Source of the DNA: Nemertoderma westbladi
Taxonomy: Eukaryota; Animalia; Xenacoelomorpha
NCBI GenBank assembly: GCA_032718475.1
Contig: JAUCBJ010003088.1
Span: 8,473 to 72,472, forward strand
DNA: 64,000 bases
Direction: 5' to 3'
This document shows positions 38,901 to 54,000 of the stretch, one piece after another; the stretch's first letter is position 1, and each line of letters starts with the position of its first letter. The position numbers and the translations under genes were made by a program. The notes below the pieces were generated by a model. The model ran no database searches and was not told the origin of the DNA. It was given only the letters and a program-made list of their open reading frames with translations.

Positions 38901-41900
38901 GATTCCATCAATCAGAAGTTAGAACCAGTACTCCTATATGGAGTCCATCAATCAGAAGTTAGAACTAGTACTCCTTTATGGAGTCCATCAATCAGAAGTT
39001 AGAACCAGTACTCCTATATGGAGTCCATCATACAGCAGTTAGAATCAGTACTCCTATATGGAGTCCATCATACAAAAGTTAGAACCATACAGCAGTTAGA
39101 ACCAGTACTCCTATATGGAGTCCATCATACAGCAGTTAGAACCAGTACTCCTATATGGAGCATCAATCAGCAGATAGAACCAGGAACCAGTACTCCCATA
39201 TGGATTCCATCATACAGCAGTTAGAACCAGTACTCCTATATGGAGTCCATCATACAGCAGTTAGAACCAGTACTCCTATATGGAGTCCATCATACAGCAG
39301 TTAGAACCAGTACTCCTATATGGAGTCCATCAATCAGAAGTTAGAACCAGTACTCCTATATGGAGTCCATCAATCAGAAGTTAGAACCAGTACTCCTATA
39401 TGGAGTCCATCATACAGCAGTTAGAATCAGTACTCCTATATGGAGTCCATCATACAAAAGTTAGAACCAGTACTCCTATATGGAGTCCATCATACAGCAG
39501 TTAGAACTCCTATATGGAGTCCATCATACAGCAGTTAGAATCAGTACTCCTATATGGAGTCCATCATACAGCAGTTAGAACCAGTACTCCTATATGGAGT
39601 CCATCATGCAGCAGTTAGAACCAGTACTCCTATATGGAGTTCATCAATCAGCAGTTAGAACCAGTACTCCTATATGGAGCATCAATCAGAAGTTAGAACC
39701 AGTACTCCTATATGGAGTCAGTCCATCAATCATAAGTTAGAACCAGTACTCCTATATGGAGTCCATCATACAGCAGTTAGAACCAGTACTCCTTCCTATA
39801 TGGAGTCCATCATTCAGCTGTTAGAACCAGTACTTCTATATGGAGACCATCATACAGCAGTTAGAACCAGTACTCCTATATGGAGCATCAATCAGAAGTT
39901 AGAACCAGTACTCCAGTAGCAGTTAGAACCAGTACTCCTATATGGAGTCTATCAATCAGAAGTTAGAACCAGTACTCCTTTATGGAGTCCATCATACAGC
40001 AGTTAGAACCAGTACTCCTATATGGAGCATCAATCAGCAGATAGAACCAGGAACCAGTACTCCTATATGGATTCCATCATACAGCAGTTAGAACCAGTAC
40101 TCCTATATGGAGTCCATCATACAGCAGTTAGAACCAGTACTCCTATATGGAGTCCATCATACAGCAGTTAGAACCAGTACTCCTATATGGAGTCCATCAA
40201 TCAGAAGTTAGAACCAGTACTCCTATATGGAGTCCATCATACAGCAGTTAGAATCAGTACTCCTATATGAAGTCCATCATACAAAAGTTAGAACCAGTAC
40301 TCCTATATGGAGACCATCATACAGCAGTTAGAACCAGTACTCCTATATGGAGTCCATCAATCAGAAGTTAGAACCAGTACTCCTTTATGGAGTCCTTCAA
40401 TCATAAGTTAGAACCAGTACTCCTATATGGAGTCCATCATGCAGCAGTTAGAACCAGTACTCCTTCCTATATGGATTCCATCATACAGCAGTTAGAACCA
40501 GTACTCCTATATGGAGTCCATCATACAGCAGTTAGAACCAGTACTCTTATATGGATACCATCATACAGCAGTTAGAACCAGTACTCCTATATGGAGCATC
40601 AATCAGAAGTTAGAACCAGTACTCCTTTATGGAGTCAGTCCATCAATCATAAGTTAGAACCAGTACTCCTATATGGAGTCCATCATACAGCAGTTAGAAC
40701 CAGTACTCCTTCCTATATGGATTCCATCATACAGCAGTTAGAACCAGTACTCCTATATGGAGTCCATCATACAGCTGTTAGAACCAGTACTCCTATATGG
40801 AGTCCATCAATCAGAAGTTAGAACCAGTACTCCTATATGGAGTCAGTCCATCAATCATAAGTTAGAATCAGTACTCCTATATGGAGTCCATCATACAGCA
40901 GTTAGAACCAGTACTCCTTCCTATATGGAGTCCATCATACAGCAGATAGAACCAGTACTCCTATATGGAGTCCATCATACAGCAGTCAGAACCAGTACTT
41001 CTATATGGAGACCATCATACAGCAGTTAGAACCAGTACTCCTATATAGGACCAGTACTCCTATATGGAGTCCATCAATCAGAAGTTAGAACCAGTACTCC
41101 TTTATGGAGTCCTTCAATCAGAAGTTAGAACCAGTACTCCTATATGGATTCCATCAATCAGAAGTTAGAACCAGTACTCCTATATGGAGTCCATCAATCA
41201 GAAGTTAGAACTAGTACTCCTTTATGGAGTCCATCAATCAGAAGTTAGAACCAGTACTCCTATATGGAGTCCATCATACAGCAGTTAGAATCAGTACTCC
41301 TATATGGAGTCCATCATACAAAAGTTAGAACCATACAGCAGTTAGAACCAGTACTCCTATATGGAGTCCATCATACAGCAGTTAGAACCAGTACTCCTAT
41401 ATGGAGCATCAATCAGCATATAGAACCAGGAACCAGTACTCCCATATGGATTCCATCATACAGCAGTTAGAACCAGTACTCCTATATGGAGTCCATCATA
41501 CAGCAGTTAGAACCAGTACTCCTATATGGAGTCCATCATACAGCAGTTAGAACCAGTACTCCTATATGGAGTCCATCAATCAGAAGTTAGAACCAGTACT
41601 CCTATATGGAGTCCATCAATCAGAAGTTAGAACCAGTACTCCTATATGGAGTCCATCATACAGCAGTTAGAATCAGTACTCCTATATGGAGTCCATCATA
41701 CAAAAGTTAGAACCAGTACTCCTATATGGAGTCCATCATACAGCAGTTAGAACTCCTATATGGAGTCCATCATACAGCAGTTAGAATCAGTACTCCTATA
41801 TGGAGTCCATCATACAGCAGTTAGAACCAGTACTCCTATATGGAGTCCATCATGCAGCAGTTAGAACCAGTACTCCTATATGGAGTCCATCATACAGCAG

Positions 41901-43600
41901 TTAGAACCAGTACTCCTATATGGAGTCCATCATACAGCAGTTAGAATCAGTACTCATATATGGAGTTCATCAATCAGCAGTTAGAACCAGTACTCCTATA
42001 TGGAGTCTATCAATCAGAAGTTAGAACCAGTACTCCTTTATGGAGTCCATCATACAGTAATTAGAACCAGTACTCCTCAATCAGCAGTTAGAACCAGTAC
42101 TCCTTTATGGAGTCCATCAATCAGAAGTTAGAACCAGTACTCCTATATGGAGTCCATCATACAGCAGTTAGAACCAGTACTCCTATATGGAGTCCATCAT
42201 ACAGCAGTTAGAATCAGTACTCCTATATGGAGTTCATCAATCAGCAGTTAGAACCAGTACTCCTATATGGAGTCTATCAATCAGAAGTTGGAACCAGAAC
42301 TCCTTTATGGAGTCCATCATACAGTAATTAGAACCAGTACTCCTCAATCAGCAGTTAGAACCAGTACTCCTTTATGGAGTCCATCAATCAGAAGTTAGAA
42401 CCAGTACTCCTATATGGAGTCCATCAATCAGAAGTTAGAACCAGTACTCCTATATGGAGTCCATCAATCAGAATCAGAAGTTAGAACCAGTACTCCTATA
42501 TGGAGTCCATCATACAGCAGTTAGAACAAGTACTCCTATATGGAGTCCATCATACAGCAGTTAGAACCAGTACTCCTATATGGAGTCCATCATACAGCAG
42601 TTAGAACCAGTACTCCTATATGGAGTCCATCATACAGCAGTTAGAACCAGTACTCCTATATGGAGCATCAATCTGCAGATAGAACCAGGAACCAGTACTC
42701 CTATATGGATTCCATCATACAGCAGTTAGAACCAGTACTCCTATATGGAGTCCATCAATCAGAAGTTAGAACCAGTACTCCTATATGGATTCCATCAATC
42801 AGCAGTTAGAACCAGTACTCATATATGGAGTCCATCATACAGCAGTTAGAACCAGTACTCCTATATGGAGTCCATCATACAGCAGTTAGAACCAGTACTC
42901 CTATATGGAGTCCATCATACAGCAGTTAGACCCAGTACTCCTATATGGAGTCCATCAATCATAAGTTAGAACCAGTACTCCTATATGGAGTCCATCATAC
43001 AGCAGTTAGAACCAGTACTCCTATATGGAGTCCATCATACAGCAGTTAGAACCAGTACTCTTATATGGAGTCCATCATACAGCAGTTAGAACCAGTACTC
43101 CTATATGGAGTCCATCATACAGCAGTTAGAACCAGTACTCCTATATGGAGTCCATCATACAGCAGTTAGAACCAGTACTCCTATACGGAGTCCATCATAC
43201 AGCAGTTAGAATCAGTACTCCTATATGGAGTCCATCATACAGCAGTTAGAACCAGTACTCCTATATGGAGTCCCTCATACAGCAGTTAGAACCAGTACTC
43301 CCATATGGAGTCCATCATACAGCAGTTAGAACCAGTACTCCTATATGGAGTCCATCATACAGCCTATATGGAGTCCATCAATCAGAAGTTAGAACCAGTA
43401 CTCCTATATGGAGTCCATCAATCAGAATCAGAAGTTAGAACCAGTACTCCTATATGGAGTCCATCATACTGCAGTTAGAACCAGTACTCCTATATGGAGT
43501 CCATCAATCATAAGTTAGAACCAGTACTCCTATATGGAGTCCATCATACAGCAGTTAGAACCAGTACTCCTATATGGAGTCCTTCATACAGAAGATAGAA

Positions 43601-46600
43601 CCAGTACTATAAGGAGTCCTTCATACAGAAGATAGAACCAGTACTATATGGAGTCCATCATACAGCAGTTAGAACCAGTACCATATGGAGTCCATCATAC
43701 AGCAGTTAGAACCAGTACTATATGGAGTCCATCATACAGCAGTTAGAACCAGTACTATATGGAGTCCATCAATCAGCAGTTAGAACCAGTACTATATGGA
43801 GTCCATCATACAGCAGTTAGAACCAGTACTATATGGAGTCCATCATACAGCAGTTAGATCCAGTACTATATGGAGTCCTTCATACAGAAGATAGAACCAG
43901 TACCATATGGAGTCCATCATACAGCAGTTAGAACCAGTACTATATGGAGTCCATCACACAGCAGTTAGAACCAGTACTATATGGAGTCCATCATACAGCA
44001 GTTAGAACCAGTACTATATGGAGTCCTTCATATAGAAGATAGAACCAGTACTATATGGAGTCCATCATACAGCAGTTAGAACCAGTACTATATGGAGTCC
44101 TTCATACAGAAGATAGAACTAGTACTATATGGAGTCCTTCATACAGAAGATAGAACCAGTACCATATGGAGTCCATCATACAGCAGTTAGAACCAGTACT
44201 ATATGGAGTCCATCACACAGCAGTTAGAACCAGTACTATATGGAGTCCATCATACAGCAGTTAGAACCAGTACTATATGGAGTCCTTCATATAGAAGATA
44301 GAACCAGTACTATATGGAGTCCATCATACAGCAGTTAGAACCAGTACTATATGGAGTCCATCATACAGCAGTTAGAACCAGTACTATATGGAGTCCATCA
44401 TACAGCAGTTAGATCCAGTACTATATGGAGTCCTTCATACAGAAGATAGAACCAGTACCATATGGAGTCCATCATACAGCAGTTAGAACCAGTACTATAT
44501 GGAGTCCATCACACAGCAGTTAGAACCAGTACTATATGGAGTCCATCATACAGCAGTTAGAACCAGTACTCCTATATGGAGTCCATCATACAGCAGTTAG
44601 AACCAGTACTATATGGAGTCCATCATACAGCAGTTAGAACCAATACTCATATATGGAGTCCATCATACAACAGTTAGAACCAGTACTATATGGAGTCCAT
44701 CATACAGCAGTTAGAACCAGTACCATATGGAGTCCATCATACAGCAGTTAGAACCAGTACTATATGGAGTCCATCATACAGCAGTTAGAACCAGTACTCC
44801 TATATGGAGTCCATCATACAGCAGTTAGAACCAGTACTCCTATATGGAGTCCATCATACAGCAGTTAGAACCAGTACTCCTATATGGAGTCCATCATACA
44901 GCAGTTAGAATCAGTACTCCTATATGGAGTCCATCATACAGCAGTTAGAACCAGTACTCCTATATGGAGTCCATCATACAGCAGTTAGAACCAGTACTCC
45001 TATATGGAGTCCATCATACAGCAGTTAGAACCAGTACTCCTATATGGAGTCCATCATACAGCCTGGAGTCCATCAATCAGAAGTTAGAACCAGTACTCCT
45101 ATATGGAGTCCATCAATCAGAATCAGAAGTTAGAACCAGTACTCCTATATGGAGTCCATCATACAGCAGTTAGAACCAGTACTCCTATATGGAGTCCATC
45201 AATCATAAGTTAGAACCAGTACTCCTATATGGAGTCCATCATACAGCAGTTAGAACCAGTACTCCTATATGGAGTCCTTCATACAGAAGATAGAACCAGT
45301 ACTATAAGGAGTCCTTCATACAGAAGATAGAACCAGTACTATATGGAGTCCATCATACAGCAGTTAGAACCAGTACCATATGGATTCCATCATACAGCAG
45401 TTAGAACCAGTACTATATGGAGTCCATCATACAGCAGTTAGAACCAGTACTATATGGAGTCCATCAATCAGCAGTTAGAACCAGTACTATATGGAGTCCA
45501 TCATACAGCAGTTAGAACCAGTACTCCTATATGGAGTCCATCATACAGCAGTTAGAACCACTACTATATGGAGTCCATCATACAGCAGTTAGAACCAGTA
45601 CTCCTATATGGAGTCCATCATACAGCAGTTAGAACCAGTACTATATGGAGTCCATCATACAGCAGTTAGAACCAGAACCATATGGAGTCCATCATACAGC
45701 AGTTAGAACCAGTACTATATAGAGTCCATCATACAGCAGTTAGAACCAGTACTATATGGAGTCCATCATACAGCAGTTAGAACCAGTACTATATGGAGTC
45801 CATCATACAGCAGTAGAACCAGTACTATATGGAGTCCATCATACAGAAGATAGAACCAGTACTATATGGAGTCCTTCATACAGAAAATAGAACCAGTACT
45901 ATATGGAGTCCTTCATACAGAAGTTAGAACCAGTACTCCAATATGGAGTCCATCATACAGCAGTTAGAACCAGTACTATATGGAGTCCATCAATCAGCAG
46001 TTAGAATCAGTACTCCTATATGGAGTCCATCATACAGCAGTTAGAACCAGTTCTATATGGAGTCCTCCATACAGAAGATAGAACCAGTACCATATGGAGT
46101 CCATCATACAGCAGTTAGAACCAGTACGATAGAACCAGTACTATATGGAGTCCATCATACAGCAGTTAGAACCAGTACTATATGGAGTCCATCATACAGC
46201 AGTTAGAACCAGTACTATATGGAGTCCATCATACAGCAGTTAGAACCAGTACTATATAGAGTCCTTCATATAGAAGATAGAACCAGTACTATATGGAGTC
46301 CGTCATACAGCAGTTAGAACCAGTACTATATGGAGTCCATCATACAGCAGTTAGAACCAGTACTATATGGAGTCCTTCATACAGAAGATAGAACTAGTAC
46401 TATATGGAGTCCATCATACAGCAGTAGAACCAGTACTATATGGAGTCCTTCATATAGAAGATAGAACCAGTACTATATGGAGTCCATCATACAGCAGTTA
46501 GAACCAGTACTATATGGAGTCCATCATACAGCAGTTAGAACCAGTACTCCAATATGGAGTCCATCATACAGCAGTTAGAACCAGTATTATATGGAGTCCT

Positions 46601-49600
46601 TCATATAGAAGATAGAACCAGTACTATATGGAGTCCTTCATATAGAAGATAGAACCAGTACTATATGGAGTCCATCATACAGCAGTTAGAACCAGTACTA
46701 TATGGAGTCCTTCATACAGAAGATAGAACTAGTACTATATGGAGTCCTTCATACAGAAGATAGAACCAGTACCATATGGAGTCCATCATACAGCAGTTAG
46801 AACCAGTACTCCTATATGGAGTCCATCATACAGCAGTTAGAACCAGTATTATATGGAGTCCTTCATATAGAAGATAGAACCAGTACTATATGGAGTCCAT
46901 CATACAGCAGTTAGAACCAGTACTATATGGAGTCCTTCATACAGAAGATAGAACTAGTACTATATGGAGTCCTTCATATAGAAGATAGAACCAGTACTAT
47001 ATGGAGTCCATCATACAGCAGTTAGAACCAGTACTATATGGAGTCCTTCATACAGAAGATAGAACTAGTACTATATGGAGTCCTTCATACAGAAGATAGA
47101 ACCAGTACTATATGGAGTCCATCATACAGCAGTTAGAACCAGTACTCCTATATGGAGTCCATCATACAGCAGTTAGAACCAGTACTCCTATATGGAGTCC
47201 ATCATACAGCAGTTAGAACCAGTATTATATGGAGTCCTTCATATAGAAGATAGAACCAGTACTATATGGAGTCCATCATACAGCAGTTAGAACCAGTACT
47301 ATATGGAGTCCTTCATACAGAAGATAGAACTAGTACTATATGGAGTCCTTCATATAGAAGATAGAACCAGTACTATATGGAGTCCATCATACAGCAGTTA
47401 GAACCAGTACTATATGGAGTCCTTCATACAGAAGATAGAACTAGTACTATATGGAGTCCTTCATACAGAAGATAGAACCAGTACTATATGGAGTCCATCA
47501 TACAGCAGTTAGAACCAGTACTCCTATATGGAGTCCATCATACAGCAGTTAGAACCAGTATTATATGGAGTCCTTCATATAGAAGATAGAACCAGTACTA
47601 TATGGAGTCCATCATACAGCAGTTAGAACCAGTACTCCTATATGGAGTCCATCATACAGCAGTTAGAACCAGTATTATATGGAGTCCTTCATATAGAAGA
47701 TAGAACCAGTACTATATGGAGTCCTTCATATAGAAGATAGAACCAGTACTATATGGAGTCCATCATACAGCAGTTAGAACCAGTACTATATGGAGTCCTT
47801 CATACAGAAGATAGAACTAGTACTATATGGAGTCCTTCATACAGAAGATAGAACCAGTACCATATGGAGTCCATCATACAGCAGTTAGAACCAGTACTAT
47901 ATGGAGTCCATCACACAGCAGTTAGAACCAGTACTATATGGAGTCCATCATACAGCAGTTAGAACCAGTACTATATGGAGTCCTTCATATAGAAGATAGA
48001 ACCAGTACTATATGGAGTCCATCATACAGCAGTTAGAACCAGTACTATATGGAGTCCATCATACAGCAGTTAGAACCAGTACTATATGGAGTCCATCATA
48101 CAGCAGTTAGATCCAGTACTATATGGAGTCCTTCATACAGAAGATAGAACCAGTACCATATGGAGTCCATCATACAGCAGTTAGAACCAGTACTATATGG
48201 AGTCCATCACACAGCAGTTAGAACCAGTACTATATGGAGTCCATCATACAGCAGTTAGAACCAGTACTATATGGAGTCCATCATACAGCAGTTAGAACCA
48301 GTACTATATGGAGTCCTTCATACAGAAGATAGAACCAGTACTATATGGAGTCCTTCATACAGAAGATAGAACCAGTACCATATGGAGTCCATCATACAGC
48401 AGTTAGAACCAGTACTATATGGAGTCCTTCATACAGCAGTTAGAACCAGTACTATATGGAGTCCTTCATATAGAAGATAGATCCAGTACCATATGGAGTC
48501 CATCATACAGCAGTTAGAACCAGTAATATATGGAGTCCATCATACAGCAGTTAGAACCAGTACTATATGGAGTCCATCACACAGCAGTTAGAACCAGTAC
48601 TATATGGAGTCCATAAATCAGCAGTTAGAACCAGTACTATATGGAGTCCATCATACAGCAGTTAGAACCAGTACTCCTATATGGAGTCCATCATACAGCA
48701 GTTAGAACCAGTACTATATGGAGTCCATCATACAGCAGTTAGAACCAGTACTCATATATGGAGTCCATCATACAACAGTTAGAACCAGTACTATATGGAG
48801 TCCATCATACAGCAGTTAGAACCAGTACCATATGGAGTCCATCATACAGCAGTTAGAACCAGTAATATATGGAGTCCATCATACAGCAGTTAGAACCAGT
48901 ACTATATGGAGTCCATCACACAGCAGTTAGAACCAGTACTATATGGAGTCCATAAATCAGCAGTGAGAACCAGTACTATATGGAGTCCATCATACAACAG
49001 TTAGAACCAGTACTATATGGAGTCCATCATACAGCAGTTAGAACCAGTACCATATGGAGTCCATCATACAGCAGTTAGAACCAGTACTCATATATGGAGT
49101 CCATCATACAGCAGTTAGAACCAGTACTCCTATATGGAGTCCATCATACATCAGTTAGAACCAGTACCATATGGAGTCCATCATACAGCAGTTAGAACCA
49201 GTACTATATGGAGTCCATCATATGGGTCCATCATACAGCAGTTAGAACCAGTACCATATGGAGTCCATCATACAGCAGTTAGAACCAGTACTATATGGAG
49301 TCCATCATACAGCAGTTAGAACCAGTACTATATGGAGTCCATCATACAGCAGTTAGAACCAGTATTATATGGAGTCCATCATACAGCAGTTAGAACCAGT
49401 ACTATATGGAGTCCTTCATACAGAAAATAGAACCAGTACTATATGGAGTACCAGTACCATATGGAGTCCATCATACAGCAGTTAGAACCAGTACTATATG
49501 GTGTCCTTATGGAGTCCATCATACAGCAGTTAGAACCAGTACTATATGGAGTCCTTCATACAGAAGATAGAACCAGTACTATATGGAGTACCAGTACCAT

Positions 49601-51060
49601 ATGGAGTCCATCATACAGCAGTTAGAACCAGTACTATATGGTGTCCTTATGGAGTCCATCATACAGCAGTTAGAACCAGTACTATATGGAGTCCATCATA
49701 CAGCAGTTAGAACCAGTACTATATGGAGTCCATCATACAGCAGTTAGAACCAGTACTATATGGAGTCCATCATACAGCAGTTAGAACCAGTACTATATGG
49801 AGTCCATCATACAGCAGTTAGAACCAGTACTATATGGAGTCCTTCATACAGAAGATAGAACCAGTACTATATGGAGTACCAGTACCATATGGAGTCCATC
49901 ATACAGCAGTTAGAACCAGTACTATATGGTGTCCTTATGGAGTCCATCATACAGCAATTAGAACCAGTACTATATGGAGTCCTTCATACAGAAGATAGAA
50001 CCAGTACTATATGGAGTCCTTCATACAGAAGATAGAACCAGTACTATATGGAGTCCTTCATACAGAAAATAGAACCAGTACTATATGGAGTACCAGTACC
50101 ATATGGAGTCCATCATACAGCAGTTAGAACCAGTACTATATGGTGTCCTTATGGAGTCCATCATACAGCAGTTAGAACCAGTACTATATGGAGTCCTTCA
50201 TACAGAAGATAGAACCAGTACTATATGGAGTCCATCATACAGCAGTTAGAACCAGTACTATATGGAGTCCTTCATACAGAAAATAGAACCAGTACTATGG
50301 TGTCCTTATGGAGTCCATCATACAGCAGTTAGAACCAGTACTATATGGAGTCCTTCATACAGAAGTTAGAACCAGTACTATATGGTGTCCTTATGGAGTC
50401 CATCATACAGCAGTTAGAACCAGTACTATATGGAGTCCTTCATACATAAGATAGAACCAGTACTATATGGAGTCCTTCATACAGAAGATAGAACCAGTAC
50501 TATGGTGTCCTTATGGAGTCCATCATACAGCAGTTAGAACCAGTACTATATGGAGTCCTTCATACAGAAGATAGAACCAGTACTATATGGAGTTCTTCAT
50601 ACAGAAGATAGAACCAGTACTATATGGAGTCCTTCATACAGAAGATAGAACCAGTACTATATGGAGTCCATCATACAGCAGTTAGAACCAGTACTATATG
50701 GAGTCCTTATGGAGTCCATCATACAGCAGTTAGAACCAGTACTATATGGAGTCCTTCATACAGAAGATAGAACCAGTACTATATGGAGTCCTTCATACAG
50801 AAGATAGAACCAGTACTATATGGAGTCCTTCATACAGAAGATAGAACCAGTACTATATGGAGTCCATCATACAGCAGTTAGAACCAGTACTATATGGAGT
50901 CCTTCATACAGAAGATAGAACCAGTACTATATGGAGTCCATCATACAGCAGTTAGAACCAGTACTATATGGAGTCCATCATACAGAAGATAGAACCAGTA
51001 CTATATGGAGTCCTTCATACAGAAGATAGAACCAGTACTATATGGAGTCCTTCATACAGC
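43601..51060 (+). repeat. Sub-array dominated by a 37-bp variant monomer (CCT deleted)
   Basis: AGTACTATATGGAGT replaces AGTACTCCTATATGGAGT, often with CCTTCATACAGAAGATAG. A 40-bp island interrupts it at about 44780-45290. Confidence 0.95.
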
Positions 51061-54000
51061 AGTTAGAACCAGTACTCCTATATGGAGTCCATCATACAGC
51101 AGTTAGAACCAATACTCCTATATGGAGTCCATCAATCAGAAGTTAGAACCAGTACTCCTATATGGAGTCCATCAATCAGAAGTTAGAACCTGTACTCCTA
51201 TATGGAGTCCATCATACAGCAGTTAGAACCAGTACTCCTTCCTATATGGAGTCCACCATACAGCAGTTAGAACCAGTACTCCTATATGGAGCCCATCATA
51301 CAGCAGTTAGAACCAGTACTCCTATATGGAGTCCATCATACAGCAGTTAGAACCAGTACTCCTGGAGTCCATCATACAGCAGTTAGAACCAGTACTCCTA
51401 TATGGAGTCCATTAATCAGAAGTTAGAACCAGTACTCCTATATGGAGTCAATCAATCAGAAGTAAGAACCAGTACTCCTATATGGAGTCCATCATTCAGA
51501 AGTAAGAACCAGTACTCCTTCCTATATGGAGTCCATCATATAGCAGTTAGAACCAGTACTCCTATATGGAGTCTATCAATCAGCAGTTAGAACCAGTACT
51601 CCTATATGGAGTCCATCATACAGCAGTTAGAACCAGTGCTCCTATATGGAGTCCATCATACAGCAGTTAGAACCAGTACTCCTATATGGAGTCCATCAAT
51701 CAGAAGTAAGAACCAGTATTCCTATATGGAGTCTATCATACAGCAGTTAGAACCAGTGCTCCTATATGGAGTCCATCATACAGCAGTTAGAACCAGTACT
51801 CCTATATGGAGTCCATCATACAGCAGTTAGAACCAGTACTCCTATATGGAGTCCATCATACAGCAGTTAGAACCAGTACTCCTATATGGAGTCCATCAGA
51901 CAGCAGTTAGAACCAGTACTCCTATATGGAGTCCATCATACAGCAGTTAGAACCAGTACTCCTATATGGAGTCCATCATACAGCAGTTAGAACCAGTACT
52001 CCTATATGGAGTCCATCAGACAGCAGTTAGAACCAGTACTCCTATATGGAGTCCATCATACAGCAGTTAGAACCAGTACTCCTATATGGAGTCCATCATA
52101 CAGCAGTTAGAACCAGTACTCCTATATGGAGTCCATCATACAGCTGTTAGAACCAGTACTCCTATATGGAGACCATCATACAGCAGTTAGAACCAGTACT
52201 CCTATATGGAGCATCAATCAGAAGTTAGAACCAGTACTCCTATATGGAGTATCAATCAGAAGTTAGAACCAGTACTCCTATATGGAGTCCATCATACAGC
52301 AGTTAGAACAAGTACTCCTATATGGAGTCCATCATACAGCAGTTAGAACCAGTACTCCTTCCTATATGGAGTCAGTCCATCAATCATAAGTTAGAACCAG
52401 TACTCCTATATGGAGTCCATCATACAGCAGTTAGAACCAGTACTCCTTCCTATATGGATTCCATCATACAGCAGTTAGAACCAGTACTCCTATATGGAGT
52501 CCATCATACAGCAGTTAGAACCAGTACTCCTATATGGAGTCCATCAATCAGAAGTTAGAACCAGTACTCCTATATGGAATCAGTCCATCAATCATAAGTT
52601 AGAACCAGTACTCCTATATGGAGTCAATCATACAGCAGTTAGAACCAGTACTCCTTCCTATATGGAGTCCATCATACAGCAGATAGAACCAGTACTCCTA
52701 TATGGAGTCCATCATACAGCAGTCAGAACCAGTACTTCTATATGGAGACCATCATACAGCAGTTAGAACCAGTACTCCTATATGGAGTCCATCAATCAGA
52801 AGTTAGAACCAGTACTCCTTTATGGAGGAGTCCATCAATCAGAAGTTAGAACCAGTACTCCTATATGGATTCCATCAATCAGAAGTTAGAACCAGTACTC
52901 CTATATGGAGTCCATCAATCAGAAGTTAGAACTAGTACTCCTTTATGGAGTCCATCAATTAGAAGTTAGAACCAGTACTCCTATATGGAGTCCATCATAC
53001 AGCAGTTAGAATCAGTACTCCTATATGGAGTCCATCATACAAAAGTTAGAACCAGTACTCCTATATGGAGTCCATCATACAGCAGTTAGAACTCCTATAT
53101 GGAGTCCATCATACAGCAGTTAGAATCAGTACTCCTATATGGAGTCTATCATACAGCAGTTAGAACCAGTACTCCTATATGGAGTCCATCATACAGCAGT
53201 TAGAACCAGTACTCCTATATGGAGTCCATCATACAGCAGTTAGAATCAGTACTCCTATATGGAGTTCATCAATCAGCAGTTAGAACCAGTACTCCACCAA
53301 TCAGAAGTTAGAACCAGTACTCCTTTATGGAGTCTATCATACAGTAGTTAGAACCAGTACTCCTCAATCAGCAGTTAGAACCAGTACTCCTTTATGGAGT
53401 CCATCAATCAGAAGTTAGAACCAGTACTCCTATATGGAGTCCATCATGCAGCAGTTAGAACCAGTACTCCTATATGGAGTCCATCATACAGCAGTTAGAA
53501 CCCGTACTCCTATATGGAGTCCATCATACAGCAGTTAGAACCAGTACTCCTATATGGAGTCCATCATACAGAAGTTAGAACCAGTACTCCTATATGGAGT
53601 CCATCAATCATAAGTTAGAACCAGTACTCCTATATGGAGTCCATCAATCAGAATCAGAAGTTAGAACCAGTACTCCAATATGGAGTCCATCATACAGCAG
53701 TTAGAACCAGTACTCCTATATGGAGTCCATCATACAGCAGTTAGAACCAGTACTCCTATATGGAGCATCAATCAGCAGATAGAACCAGGAACCAGTACTC
53801 CTATATGGATTCCATCATACAGCAGTTAGAACCAGTACTCCTATATGGAGTCCATCATACAGCAGTTAGAACCAGTACTCCTATATGGAGTCCATCATAC
53901 AGCAGTTAGAACCAGTACTCCTATATGGAGTCCATCAATCAGAAGTTAGAACCAGTACTCCTATATGGAGTCCATCATACAGCAGTTAGAATCAGTACTC

